Assembly: GCF_963676685.1 (NCBI RefSeq)
Contig: NC_092357.1
Coordinates: 38,440,001 to 38,504,000 of the forward strand
Direction: 5' to 3'
Source of the DNA: Mytilus edulis
Taxonomy: Eukaryota
Length of the DNA stretch: 64,000 nt
Shown piece by piece: positions 1 to 13,789 of this stretch. Each line of letters starts with the position of its first letter. Position 1 is the first letter of the stretch. Under the pieces are notes generated by a model that had not been told where the DNA came from, did not search any database, and was given only the letters and a program-made list of their open reading frames with translations. The position numbers and the translations under genes are program-made.

Positions 1-239
1 AACCTCAACATCAAAATATAAACTTCAAATAATGCTTAATTATATGTTAATTTTTTTCTTCTTGAAATTATCATTATCATATAATTGCTGCAACCAAGGA
101 GTAGACATTTTCAATTTTCATGTCTGATTTCATCATTATTCTAAAACAAATGGCTGCATGTTTTCATAGCAAACTTTATTTCAATCTTAGCTGCCTATTT
201 TATAAAAGAATAAAGCAGTTCTGAGACATACATGAATCA

Positions 240-2990
240 CCCCCTGCCGGGACCTTGAAATTAACAATTTATGAGTTAAAAAAAAATGTCAATAAATTTA
301 TTTGGTGAAGGTAGATAACTCCTATAAAATTTCATCGAATCGCTTCGTCCAAATTAGCCAAAAAGTCCTGAGAATATAACGAACAATTTGTAAGAAGAAT
401 TTTGTCGATATCTTTTTTTGTTACGAAGGAGATGTACATACGTCAGATAATAAACGTGAATATGGAGATAACTCTTACAAAGAAAATGTTTCAGTTTAGC
501 AGGGTGAAATTTAAATGCGCATAAACTTTACGATACAATATGAGAAATATCTAAGCCACATATTGCAAAACCAACATTTATCGCATAAACAAAATTTGGC
601 GAAAAAAATATAATAATAATAATAATAAAAAACCATCTGTTTAGAGAACAATTGAATTCTTTCCACATCAAAGAAATTTTGAAAAGAAGCTTGATTCCTT
701 AGACTGATGCAATAAAAAAAGTGTTTTGATATGTTTAAAAGTGAACTAAAGGAGATAATGTGCTACTTCCGGTCTCATATGATAGCTTCATTAACACTGA
801 TTCCAACAATATACAGTTTTATATACTTTTGCCTTAAAACCATGATATATTTGACCACTTCCGGTTTACATAAAGTCACTTAAAGTCTTAAGTGATAAGT
901 AAATGTATTTAAATTACAAAATATATCGATTCTGAGTACTTTGATATGAAAAAAGTGCAAAATAGCTACATCTTGTATTCTCAAGGTCACTTCCGGTTTT
1001 CATTTTTCAAGTTCATATGTCACTTAATCTTTTGTACAAGGTCATATGGCTTTATAATGAACTCAGTTGAAGTTAGAAACCTTCTGAAAAAGGTCTTATG
1101 GCTTTATCATGTATACATATGAGGTAAAAGCAAAGGTCAATATATAGAACTTCAAATTAAGCTATGACCTTGAGATCAATTTCAAGGTCATAAATCAAGG
1201 ACCTCAAATCAAAAGGTCTTAATTATATTTGGTTGATGAGTAATATCACCATTCACGTATTTTCAAATACAAGAGGGGAGAAAACTCCCTGTTAAGTTCA
1301 ATGTACTTTTTGCAATCAAAATTTATGTGTTACAACATGTCGCAACTAACAATTTAGTAAAAATAATTTGTCGATATCTTTTGCGGTTTTTGGATATAAG
1401 GAAAAATAAGCGAAAATAAAAATTGCAAATATGACCTTGACCTTTGACCTCGACCTTGTTTTCATTTTCTGGGACCAAGAACCTCAAATCAAAAGATCCT
1501 AGGTCTCTATCAATTATGGTTTACAAGATAGAAATGCATATCACCTATAACAAATGCATAAGAGGATTTAACTCTCATATGGAGTGTTCGTATTGCTTCG
1601 GTCAAAATACCACAAATCATGCGAAAGATATAACGAACAGTTTTATAAAATAAATTTGTCGTAATCTTTTACAGTTGCGAAGGAGTAGTGTACACAAGAA
1701 AAACAGTGTTCGGGGAGATAACCGTAACAAAGAAAAGTATTCGGTAAATTTCAAAGGCGCATAAACTGTTCAATATCATATATCAAATTTCTAAGCGACA
1801 TATTGTAAAACAAATATTTATCGCAAAACAAAATTAGCTGGAAGAAAAAAAAATGAAAAACCAACTGTTCAGAGAACAATTGAAGGTCTTTCCACATGAA
1901 AGAAATTTTTAAAAGAAGCTAGTTACTTTAAACATGTACTAATGTGATACATAAGTGGTTTCGATATTCTTTGAGTAAAATAAGGGAGATAATTTGCTAC
2001 TTTCGGTGAAGTTAATGTCTCTTCCGTTCTTATATGATAGCTTCTTTCACACTGATTCCAAAAATAAATAGTTTCTACATACTTTTACCTTTAAACCAGA
2101 CGATAATTGGCCACTTCCGGTTTATCGAAAGTCATTTCTGGTCTTTAATGATAAGTTTATGTATATAAATTACAAAATATACGGATTCCGACAATTTTTC
2201 ATGAAAAAGTGCAAAAATGGCTACTTCCGGTTTTCTAAAAGTCACTTCCAGTTGTCATTTTCAAGGTCATATGTCACCAGACTTTTTGTAAAAGGTCATA
2301 TGGCTTTATAATGAATCAACTTGAAGAAATAATCGATAAACCTGATAATTAGACATTTCAGAGGCACTGACTCCTATAAGATGTCATTAGATTGTCTCAG
2401 ACCAAATGTAACATATCTTTATTACTATAAAGCAATCAATTTGCACTTGATCTTTTATACATTTCTTTTACAGTGATGGAGAAAATGCAAAAGCAAGGAA
2501 CAGTCAAAATTCAGAACTTGACCTTGACCTTTGACCTTGAACTGATTTTCTAAGTAAGGACCTAGGAGCCTCAAATAAAAACATTTCAGGGTTATACGGT
2601 TAACGGTTTATAAGTTAATAACACATGCCAACAAATTTATTTCGTAAAGATAGATAACTCATATGAAATTTCATCGTATCGTTTTGATTCAAATTAGTCA
2701 AACATTTCTGAGGATATAACGAACAATTTGTAAAAAGAACTTTGTCGATATCTTTTTTTGTTAGGAAGGAGATGCACACAATTGATAACAGTGAATAGGG
2801 AAATAAATCTTAGAATGAAAATAGTTCGTCTGAGCAGGGTGAAATTCAAAAGCGCATAAACTGCACGATACAATATAAGAAATATCTCAGCGACATATTG
2901 CAAAACAAAAAATTTAGAATTTGGCTGAAAAAAATAAATAATCAGAACAAATACAATAGGTCTTTCAACAAAAAAGATGTTCAGATGATG
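240..2990 (+). repeat. Tandem ~1.2-kb units of a TGACCTTGACCTTTGACC-type interspersed repeat (HINE-like)
   Basis: Unit starts at ~628 and ~1856 (aaaaacca.ctgtt.agagaacaattgaa); homologous to 24310-26777. Confidence 0.75.
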
Positions 2991-3371
2991 AAATTTTTCT
3001 TAAGCCGAAAACAATTTTTTTAAAGAAAACTTTTAAATATTCTGTTTCTCAAATATGGAACAATTTACGAAATGAAATAAAAATGAGTAATACAATTGTA
3101 TCTTTTAAAACAAAATATTACAATTTAAAAAAAAAATGTGCAATTTAGTATGCTTTCTCATTATTATGTAGATACAATTGTATATATATATATAATATAT
3201 CATTACAATGCTGTATGGTCTTATACATATATAATGGTTAATTTGAGGACTGTCAGAAAGATAAGTTTTAACTACTGGAATAGTCCTCTTGAAATACAGA
3301 TTATTTATTTACTTATTTTTTTATTTATTTATGCATTTCTACTAATTTTCCCCCGGTTTATCGATACATAC

Positions 3372-6300
3372 TTGCTGATGTAGAAGCTATCTGCTGATCT
3401 GGTTCAATAGTTGGTTCTTTAACAATGAATCGTGGCTTTTGTTCAAATTGCAATTTCTCATCGTCATCTGACCCATCCAAGGTATCATTATCACTGAATA
3501 CTGTATAGACAACAGTCTTCTCTTCTGGAAATTTATCAATATTTTATATGTATATTGTGTTATGCCATCCTCTTAGTACGTAAAACATGATGTCAGTAAA
3601 ATATAAAATTTTAAAAAGACGTACAGATTAAATAACATTTTTGTGAAATTTAACTCAAGTTTGAAATATCACATGTTGATTCTATGACATAACGAAATAT
3701 GGTATGTGCTTTTATTAACGATAAGATATGCGACACAACAAAAGAGGGACTAATTCATATTTTTAACTTGATAAACAGTGTCTTCAAAGAAAAGTAAACT
3801 GGGTATACATACCTGTTGTAAGTGCGCTGTTCACTATGATATTTATATTTACAGTCGCTGGAACATTTTCATCAAGTTCACCGGCCTGTACAAACTGACG
3901 GATTAGAGATTTTATAGCTGTTCTCAATCTCTGTGGACTTTGGAATACTTCTGGGGAGGCGCTCAGTTCCAAATAAATACATTTGTTTTCTACTTTTTCG
4001 ATTACAAATGTCGTGTTGTCATCATGTTGAACGTTATCAACACGTTTTTTAGTTGCCTGCATTTCGTCTTCTAATTTACATGTTGTCCTTTTTTCATCCC
4101 ATGCTGCAGAAGTAACATCTACGTCAAGAGTTAATTTTCTATTTTTCTCTCCTATAAAGTTATGAAAAATATAAAATAATAAAATTTTCTTTAAACAGAA
4201 ATATTTGTTTCGAGTGATAAAAACACGATATGATACAGTTAAGAATGGGATCTAAAATTTTAAATGCTAGCAACAATAACCAGAACAAACCGTCTAAACT
4301 ATCTTTCCATCGATTTACTGCTATAAAAGTATTGATATATAAAGCAATATCAACAGTACTTTATAACATCATGTGATACAATGTAGTAAAGTATGGCATA
4401 TGCAAGTTCTCTTGACATCTTTTATCCATATAATTTAATTACACATTCAACTGTTCAAATATATTAATGATGTTCTTTCTATTTACAATCCAAATTTTTC
4501 TGACTTGGTTCCATAAATATATCTCCCAAAACTAGATATTAAAGAAACAACTTCCTCACCTCATGTGTGGACTTAGATTTCGAATTAGACATAAACGGTT
4601 AACTCACTACTACCAGAATATATGACAAAAGAGACAATTTTTATTTCAAAATCATAAATTCCACCTTAGCAGCAGTATACCAATTAAAATTTCACACGGG
4701 ATAACAATTGCCAGCACAATATGTATTCAAGAGCATGCAGCTGTTACTCAGACATTTAAAACGTCACCAGTGTCTGACCAGAAAGTTGATAAACCCGGGT
4801 TTTAATTGTCAAATAACGTCTCGTCCTGTTTAAATAAATACTCAAGCCATTAGTTGTTGATGACTAACATTGTTTATGTGCGCGTTCATACAATAATAAG
4901 TGAAAATGGTATCCAATATTCTCGTTCTCTGTTAAATGGTAACATTTGAAAATGACTTCGTCTTTTAAGTCATGGTATGTAATGAAATTATTGTCTCAGA
5001 AGAGAAATGTCACTTTAGATAGGAACATATAGAACTGCGAAAAATGTATGAAATCATGTCAAGTGATTATGCCTGAACAACATCTATTTCCTTTTTCTAC
5101 ATTATGTGTCGTTATGCTGAAGAATGACTAAAAATAAAGCTTTAATTTGTTACTTTTACCATACTCTTCAAGATTTTCTCCTGGTGGTTTTAATTTCATG
5201 GCACACATAAACTTTATCTGCTGGAGCATGTGTTTTATATCTCCTACGTCTTCCTCAATTTTCTCCGTTTTAACATTCAATTTCTCCATTTCATCATTAG
5301 TTCGTTCTTGATTAACAGATGCAGACACTAAAATATATATATTATCTCCCTGCAATTCAAGTCACACGAAAATACTTTTCGGTGCTTATTATGCTTAAGA
5401 ATGATTTGACTTAGTATATGCATGATTGTACTGTTTATTATAAATGCATAGCATTTAATCGAAAAAAGCAAATTTGTCGTTGAATTTTGATCAAAAGGCT
5501 TTTAATCAACGTTTGGGGTTGGAGAATTAATTCATGCTTAGAAATTCTTGTTGATTGACATACACATTTATCTCATTTCGTTCAATTTTTAGATTCAGTT
5601 TTCATTTCAATAATGTCTTACCTAGCAGTGTCTTCTTAATATATGTCAGTTATTATTTAACATAGCCATATAGGCGGGATTTTTGGCTAGCCAAAGAACC
5701 GGGTTTAACCCACCATTGTTTCTTAAAATGTCTAGTACAAAGTCAGTTGTTATCAAAAAGTCATCTTTTATGTAATTTTGCGTTTGTTTTTGGTAGCAGT
5801 TCAGTGGTTCAGTTGGTTTGCTGTTTAACTCTTAAAGTTGATGTGTTTCCCTCGATAGTTGTTTGTAAACCGGATTTGTCTTATCTTGATTGAATTATGA
5901 TTTTTAAACAGCAGTATACTTCTAATGCCTCTATTCTAATTAGATTGCCCTAGGTGGTAAATTTTACTCAGTTTTTCGGTTTCATAACCTGAAATTACGG
6001 ACACTTTTCAGACCAAAAGATAAATCCGTACGAATAATGAAAAAAAAACAATTAATGAATTTAGCTGGACATATTTCCGATCAGAAACTGTTATTGTGTG
6101 TATAGATCTACAGAAATTATACTGCTGAATAAAGAATGGTGAAAGATACCAAAGGTTTCAATCATTTCCTATTAAGTTTTATTTCTGAAAGCAATGAAAA
6201 AAGGTTAATAAAATAATTTTTAGTTTTATTTCTGAAAGCTATAAAAAAGGTTACTAAAATGATCTTTAAAAATTATATACAAAAGTATTTTTAGATTAGA

Positions 6301-9002
6301 AAATTATTTACATTCTTTCATAATCTCATAATTAAGTTTGAAAAAAAAACAAAAGAAAAGCATAATATGAATTGTAATTCTAAAGTTGAAAACTATGTTC
6401 ATATATACTGAGAAAAGTATTCACATGCAGAACTACATTTGTACATTCATATGTAAAAAAAAGTATGTGCATATATAGAAAAAAGTATATGCATAGGAGG
6501 TTAACTATGTTCAAATAGATGTATAGAAAAGTATGTGCATATAAGGTAAACGATGTGCATATGTAGGAAAAGTGTGTGCATATAAGGTAAACGATGTGCA
6601 TATGTAGGAAAAGTATGTGCATATATATATAAAAAGTAAGTACATATAAAGTAAACTATTTTCATATATATGCAAAGTATGTGTATACATAGATAAAAAA
6701 CATGTGCAGACATTGAAAAGTATGTGCAATCATGTATGTAAAAATATGTTTGTATTCGGCGGCTACGGCGTTCCATAAAATAGTGTCTTTAGCAAAACAG
6801 CGCATGTCTATAAGAATACGTGCAACTTGTGCGCACAAGTTGTACAACTCGTTCGCACAAGTTGTGTAATTTGTGCGAACAAGTTGATTTTTTTTTTGCA
6901 TGGCACTCCAGGGCTTCCGTAGATAAATGGCATGCACATTATATTTAGAATATCTTCATTTATTATTTAAATTTTTAAAAACAAAATTTGAATAAATTCA
7001 ATGAAAATATATGTCTTTTTTTCTATTAATTATATTCCACTTACAGGTGATTTTTTTTTTAATTATGTTTCTTAGGTAAGAAAAACTAACACTGTCAGAA
7101 CAAATGCTGAATATAATTTTAATAAATAAAGTTGTGCAGGATTCTTTAATATACTAAGATTAAAATATATCTCTCATTAAGTTTAAAAAATCTCACACTT
7201 TTCATCATTTTTGTGACTGTCATTTCGACTGAAACACAAGAAATGTTTATTGTAGTCACCAACTTCTATCACACTTCAAAGGTAAACATATATAGCAAAA
7301 AAATCGTGGTATTGGGAGAAACCACACAAAGGTACAATTAATGAGTTTTAGGGAGGAATTACTCCAAGTTTCTCTCAATTTCCTCCCAAGATTTGGAAAG
7401 TGTTCCTGGAGTTTCCTGGTGTGACACCAAGTTTTTACACAGTGTAGGGAGTATGAGATTACATCCTCTCCGTGTGTACTGTAGTTATAATCGTTAATAT
7501 GATCATGATAATGAAACTTCGCTGTTGAATTATTTTTTTCCTAAATTAAAATACATCCGCTTGACAGACATACGGAGACAGGATATATCTTTTTGTGAAT
7601 CATGCTTTCAAACGACGAGAACAAAGTGGAGTACGAATAACTTTTTGTAAAAGCAATTATCGGTACATGAAGTGCATGAAACATAGTTCTTACTGCCAGA
7701 CGATAAAGAGAAACATCGAAAAAAAGACAATAAATATGTTCCCTTCAATAATACGTACCCATGACAGTGTTTAATCCAGTTTTTACTTCTGTCAAATCTT
7801 TACTGTTTGAGCATACTTGATCACAAAGCTCATTTTGTTTAAACAATATAGACTGTACAGTTGGAATTATACCATTCAGGTCTTTATGAACCTATATATA
7901 TATTTCATAAATCACAAGACATTTCATTATTGCATAAGAATTCACGATACAATTTACTATAAACTAGACTATACGCAGATATCGCATACACATAAAACAA
8001 AATAAAGATATAGAATGAATTGTTTAAAGCAAACATAAATCAGAAACCAATCAGACCTGCCTCTTGTTATTTAGTATTTTAAAAAAACAAGTAGAAATTT
8101 CATGTTTATTTAAATTCACATACGAATTAATTTTCGTAAATGCAAATCATCGATCTTTTCAACATGAAAAGGTATTGTTAAACATGCTAAATATATTATA
8201 TCTATTGATGTCACAAATACCATTCTATTTGTTAAAAAAGGAAATATCAAAAATGATGTCAACAAAACTAATCGTTTTGTATTGCATGAAATAAGCTAAT
8301 GTTTATAGAATGAATAATAAATACCTCCGATAGCTTGTCAGAAGTCTCTACAATTCTTTTCTCAAGATCATCCACAGAACATGTAGTAATTAGATCAATT
8401 GTCATTTGGAAGATTTTTACGCTCGTGTGTCCGATATCACCTGCACATTGCAACGTAGCATTTTTCAACTTTTTCCAAGTCTGATCAAACAGGTTTTTTT
8501 CCAGTTTTCCTTCTGACAAATGAGAAATAGTATTTCTCACATCTTTGATAACTGTCATCCATGAGGCTATTTTTGTAGTTATGTGCAAATTGCAGCAATG
8601 TTGAATTATTGCATTTAGTAAGGTAAGGTCAATATCAGTTACTTTAATCGATATTTGCGCTGATACTTTACATATACAATGTTGTGATATCTGACTTCTG
8701 TTTGTTTGTTCATGGCCAGGAGTAACATTTCCATTTTCATCGTAAAGCTTTGAAAATTGCTGATATCCCAAACAACCACGCTTTGAAGGTGCTGCTATAG
8801 AGGTAGTAAGTATGCATTCACAACAAGGTATTTTAGGGTAGCGTTCATGAAAAAGCCTGTGCTTATTTTGTGGATCGTTCAGGTAATCTTCGAAGTCTGA
8901 ACCTTGCCGTATAATCTTTAACTCAAAATACTGCTGAACGACGTCAATAGCTGGCCCAGTGGTAAAAGCATATAACTGTAAGAGCCGTTGTTTCCCTTCC
9001 AT
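3372..9002 (-). CDS. Multi-exon protein with N-terminal DZIP3-like HEPN domain and coiled coil (model open at the 3' end)
   Basis: Exons 9002-8325 (ATG), 7891-7759, possible micro-exon 7228-7199, 5327-5160, 4151-3813 and 3524-3372 splice in frame (phase 0, then phase 1). The last exon ends in a GTATGT donor. An acceptor (TTTGACAG) lies just 5' of the ATG, implying an upstream non-coding exon. Confidence 0.72.
4518..4830 (+). pseudogene. Degenerate Penelope-like RT fragment in an intron
   Basis: Frameshifted residues ..LDIKETT..DLDFELDING..TTRIYDKRDNFYFKIIN parallel the TKIYDKRDDFSFPIVN block of the 30129 ORF. Confidence 0.65.
6390..6775. repeat. Degenerate ~20/41-bp tandem repeat (aaagtatgtgcatata core)
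   Basis: Repeated gtatgtgcatataaggtaaacgatgtgcatatgtaggaaaa; explains the low-complexity ORFs at 6380-6937. Confidence 0.7.
8325..9002 (-). CDS. HEPN (DZIP3/hRUL138-like) domain exon
   Basis: DIDLTLLNAII..IKDVRNTISH..FDQTWKKL matches the DZIP3-type HEPN signature (D-x-T-L-L ... R-N-x3-H ... F...W). The Rx4H motif is at 8520-8537. Confidence 0.8.
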
Positions 9003-9659
9003 AATCTGACTGTCAAATAAAATTTGAAATCCACTATTCTGATTGATCTATTACGTATCCGGAATAGGCATGTATAGATGTGGAAAATAATGGGAGGAAG
9101 TTGTTTTGACTTTGGTGGCAACGGGTTTTTAACAAGGTACATGGTACCTTATACCCACGGAAAAACTTTCTCTTGCAAAATTTACGTATGACTAATATGA
9201 TAATTCTGATCATTTCCCTTTTTGGTTGTACAACTCTTCAACGCCTTCAATTGTCTAATTTGTGCGTTCTCGGTGGAATTTGATTGTGAAAATTTTTAAG
9301 AAGGTACACAATCTTTAAAGTATTTGTCTCATTTTCCTGAAAGTTAATTGGGTTTCTTTAATCTCTACATAAGAAAAGCCTTTAACTAGTTTGGAATGTG
9401 ACAGTTGTTATCCATTCGGTTGATGAGTTTGAGCTTTTTACATTAGCAATTTGATTAGGGACTTCCCTTTTGGAATTTTCCACGGAGTTCAGTATTTTTG
9501 TGATTTTACATTTTATATATATATTTTCATATGATATGATTCAGTATGGTATAAATTCAATTATAAATTGAAACAATTTAAACAGGTAATCAATTAACAA
9601 TGATGTGTACATTTACTAGAAATTTTACCCCCTTTTAAAAATGTTTATCTTAAAGGGCA

Positions 9660-11450
9660 CATGGAAACCAAACGAGTATGGCAACACTTCTTACTCCTCA
9701 TTACCCAATGGCAAGAAAATATTGGTGCAAGGGACCGGAGCCGAAGCGCACAGCTCCCAAAAATACAAAAACTTAATTGAAGAGGATCTATGACTAGGGA
9801 GGCGTTCATTTACCAATTTGAACGACCTGTCGGTAGATGACAATGGTAAACAGGAAAAATGTGTGTAGGCCCCAGATTGCCAGGCCGATGTTGGCTTTGA
9901 GTACGCTAGCAAGGTAAACACAGATGATGATTCAAAGGCCTTAAGCTTAAAAAGTATTAATTTTGAGCAGCGCTTCAGCAAGAAAGACGATCAAACCAGA
10001 TTGGAACCGAAGCATGCCGTCGAGGATGTAAAGACAAAGATTCTTCAGGGCATGTTAAAGAGAGGAATTCAGAAACATTCAACAAGGAGTTAAAACAATT
10101 GAAAACCACAATAGCAAAATAGATGGCAATATATGGATAAAAAGTGCCAATTATGACCATCGACAAGTCTACTTTGTTGATTGCGCAGTATTACCGACCG
10201 ATAAAAGAAATATGAGCAGTCCTTTGGATAATGAGGCGCATAATCTCACACAAATAGTCAGAAAACTAGCTGATGTTATGTTTTCAACAAATCAGCATAA
10301 CTTTGGATTGATATAACATCGGTTCTTCTGATCAAATTATCATGGAAGATCACCAGTTCAATGGAAGATCACCTGATCAATATACACGTGGACGATCTAC
10401 TGAGCAATACAATCGCGGTAGATCGCTAGATAAAAAATACACCAAAGTTTAATGCTTATCGATCAGCAACACCTCTACTAAGCTAGATATCATACAGTCC
10501 CCCAAAACAAAGTTAAGCATCTCCACGGACAAACTCCAGAAGTCCCAGTTATTTCAGATACAATGGAGTCTTTAAACAGCAAAGGGTCGGACCATTAGGC
10601 CAACGCACGATTCCAAATTTTATTGACCATGGAACAGCACATCATCACAAAATTGAACAGAGTTCCACGGCCACGTCCGATATTGTCATCAGACGGACCA
10701 TTTGTAAGAGTTTCGAATTACGAGATACTATACATGACCAGAATGTAAGCATGCTTGTGGACACTGCTGCAATGATAACATTAGTAAATGACAAATTAAT
10801 TCCGGCAGAAAATTAAGATTTGGAGAACGTAACGTTACTTGGTTTGGGTTAACAGCTTGTTATTGGGAAGATTATAAAGAACGACTCTCGACATTAATAG
10901 AGTAAACATAAAATGGGATGTGTGCAGAGTCATTAACAGACGATGGTATACGTAGGCTAGATATTTTGGACACACTAAGCGCAGTCATAAACATAAGTAC
11001 TCCCACAATTACCATCAGCAATAAAGTGATAAATGCGGCATTTGTTAACAGTACAAACAAGATTTCAACTCAGCAAGTTTGCATAAAACGAACCATCACA
11101 GATCCGCCAAACTTAAAAATTACTGTTACCATTAAAACTGACCAGGATAGCATTTTAGGATCGTACTCGCTGAATAGTTGCCAATTGGTTACGCACATAG
11201 CTGGAAAAGGAAATAGTTGTCCCTTAATCATTTTAAATGATGACAATCGTTTAATCCGCCTGGACAAAGGTACACCTATTGATTACATAGAATAATTTGA
11301 CAATGAAGTAGGTACGGCAGATGCAAACGCTATAAATGACATAGGACGTGGCTTTGAAGAGACACGAGACAAGGTGGCCTTGGCACTGGCTCAAAGTTCA
11401 GATGAGGAACCTACTATTCCACCACATTTAACCGACCTATATTAACATAA
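9660..11450 (+). mobile_element. Degenerate Ty3/gypsy gag-protease remnant
   Basis: Retropepsin-like MLVDTAAMITLVN at 10751 and downstream GIRRLDILDTL (ILGLD-like); R/S-rich gag-like tail upstream. Many stops; no LTRs found. Confidence 0.6.
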
Positions 11451-12579
11451 AATTGACTCGTTTCAACTTATTTCATTCCAACCATTAAAACTGAAAGTGT
11501 TTAAAGAACAATTACACTAACATGTTCCATATTGATTAACATTTTGAATTTCACATATATTTTTTTTGGTATATGCAGCCATATTTGCAAATGCGTGTGT
11601 TATAGAAATAACCAAATTATTTTTTTACATTTTAAAATTAATTGATAACAAATTCGAGAACATGAAGTCCATTCTCAAAGAATCATTACTTTAATTCCGA
11701 AATTATTATATAGAATACCTTTAGGACAATCTTGCTATTTATACCGCTTTTCCGCCATCTTGAAAATGACAGCCATATTTATTTTTTTAGAGTGGGTCCA
11801 TAGCTGAAATCAAAGGGTATATAACCAAGAACTTCTATGCAAAGTTTTATGCTTCCCTCATCAAGGGAACAATTCTGCTCTATATCTGCACCAAGCGGCC
11901 GGACTATAGTAAAATCAAGTTATTTTTTTTTTTATTTCAGCCCATTATTTACAACATGGACATAACTTGATAAGCATTTTGAATATTTCGAAACACATTT
12001 GAAAAATTCATTTCGTACTTTTGAAAATGTGCGTAAATTTATTTTATCCAACTTCCAGCAAAAATAATTTGCACCCTACGATCGTTAACACAGAATTTAG
12101 GTATTTTCCGACAGGTTTTGATTTTTATTATCACGTGTGCATACAGTGCAAATAAAAGATTTTTAAAATAGTGTATCTCATTTTGTTTTATATTTGATAC
12201 TTTTTGATCAATTGTATTCCAAAGTAGTGTATCGTTTCTTTTAGTGACTAGTATATTTTGGAACCAGTACGAAAACAGGACAAAATTTATGTCTATTATA
12301 TAACTCTCGAAAAGAGGTCTGGTATTTGAAACAGTTGTATTAACGAAGTGCAACCTTTAGCTACATGTAGGTTCGTCCATACTTTTAACTGTTCCAGATG
12401 CACATGTTTTTCAAAGCGAAATTTATGGTGCAAATAAGAAAATATTGGTTAAAAACTAATGTGGAACCACATTTATACAGGTCTAGAGGATTGAAAAAAG
12501 GCAAGATTTAACTAAAATTGTAAAAAGACTTAACCTTGTTAACGCCATACCCTATCTCCTCAAACTTTGCCGTCGAAAA

Positions 12580-13550
12580 AAGTTATCAAAGGTTTTAGGA
12601 TTATAATTTATACGCCAGAACACGCGTTTCGTCTACATAAGACTCATCAGTGACGCTCATATCAAAATATTTATAAAGCCAAACAAGTACAAAGTTGAAG
12701 AGCTTTGAGGATCCAAAATTCCAAAAAGTTGTGCCAAATACGGTTAAGGTAATGTATGCCTGGGATACGAAAATCCATAGATTTTCGGAAAATTCAAAGT
12801 TGAATTGTAAACGGGAAATTTTTCGAAAAATGACCACATTATTGATATTCATGGCAACACCGAAGTGTTGACTACTGGGCTGGTGATACCCTCGGTGACG
12901 AAACGTCCACCAGCAGTGGCATCGACCCAGTGATGTTAAAAGTTATCAAAGGTACCAGGATTATAATGAAGTAAGCCAGACGCGCGTTTCGTCTACATAA
13001 GACTCATCAGTGACGCTCATATCAACATATTTATAAAGCTAAACAAGTACAAAGTTGAAGAGCATTGAGGATCTTAAATTCCAAAAAGTTGTGCCAAATA
13101 ATGTTAAGGTAATCTATGTCTGGGATACAAAAATCCTTAGTTTTTCGGAAAATTCAAAGTTAAATTGTAAACGGGAAATTTGATAAAAATGACCACATTA
13201 TTGATATTCATGTCAACACCGAAGTGTTGACTACTGGGCTGGTGATACCCTCGGGGACGAAACGTCCACCAGCAGTGGCATCGAACCAGTTGCGAAAAAG
13301 TTATCAAAGGTACCAGGATTATAATTTAGTACGCCAGAAGCGCGTTTCGTCTTAATGAGACTCATCAGTGACGCTCATTTCAAAATATTTATAAAGCTAA
13401 ACAAGTACAAAGTTGAAGAGCATTGAGGATCCAAAATTGCAAAAAGTTGTGCCAAATACGATTAAGGTAATCTATGCCTGGGATACGAAAATCCTTAGTT
13501 TTTCGGAAAATTCAAAGTTAAATTGTAAACGGGAAATTTTATAAAAATGT
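12580..13550 (-). mobile_element. Retrozyme array, family A (~2.7 tandem units of 358-360 bp, each with a type I hammerhead)
   Basis: Head-to-tail repeats with period 360/358. On the minus strand each reads gcgtca-CTGATGA-gtct..agac-GAAA-cgcg..TC-tggc. Confidence 0.88.
12973..13016 (-). ncRNA. Type I hammerhead ribozyme (family A, intact core)
   Basis: GCGUCA CUGAUGA GUCU-UAUGU-AGAC GAAA CGCGCG UC^UGGCUU. Stem III is minimal and palindromic (ACGCGCGU). Sister copies at 12612-12656 and 13331-13374 have stem III/NUH changes. Confidence 0.85.
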
Positions 13551-13789
13551 CGAAAACAAGTCAACCTATGTACAAGAAACTTTGCATTAAGAGTTTACCT
13601 AGAGGTTTTCAACGTCTAATCAAACCCGTTGCTGTCCATTTATTTAGATGAACTTTTCCCACGTTCATGTCTGTATTAATATCCTCAACATATTAAAATT
13701 GTCTTTGAGTACAGAAAAATACATGTGTAAAGTTTTAAGGCGTTTCAGGAAATAAAGGACTTAATTTTATATTTCAAATAAATGGAGAT

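Noticed and set aside
6380-6937. Overlapping His/Tyr-rich ORFs
   Set aside because: They are translations of a degenerate tandem repeat.
9458-9467. NF-kB site GGGACTTCCC upstream of the HEPN gene
   Set aside because: It lies inside a dispersed repeat tail that also occurs at ~44430-44530 and ~48540-48650, so it is not independent evidence of regulation.
13230-13280. Opposite-strand hammerhead (CTGGTGA..GAAACGTC) inside the conserved motif
   Set aside because: The core is CUGGUGA rather than CUGANGA, and family B replaces GAAAC with TGATA. The cUUCGg loop indicates the other strand is the structured one.
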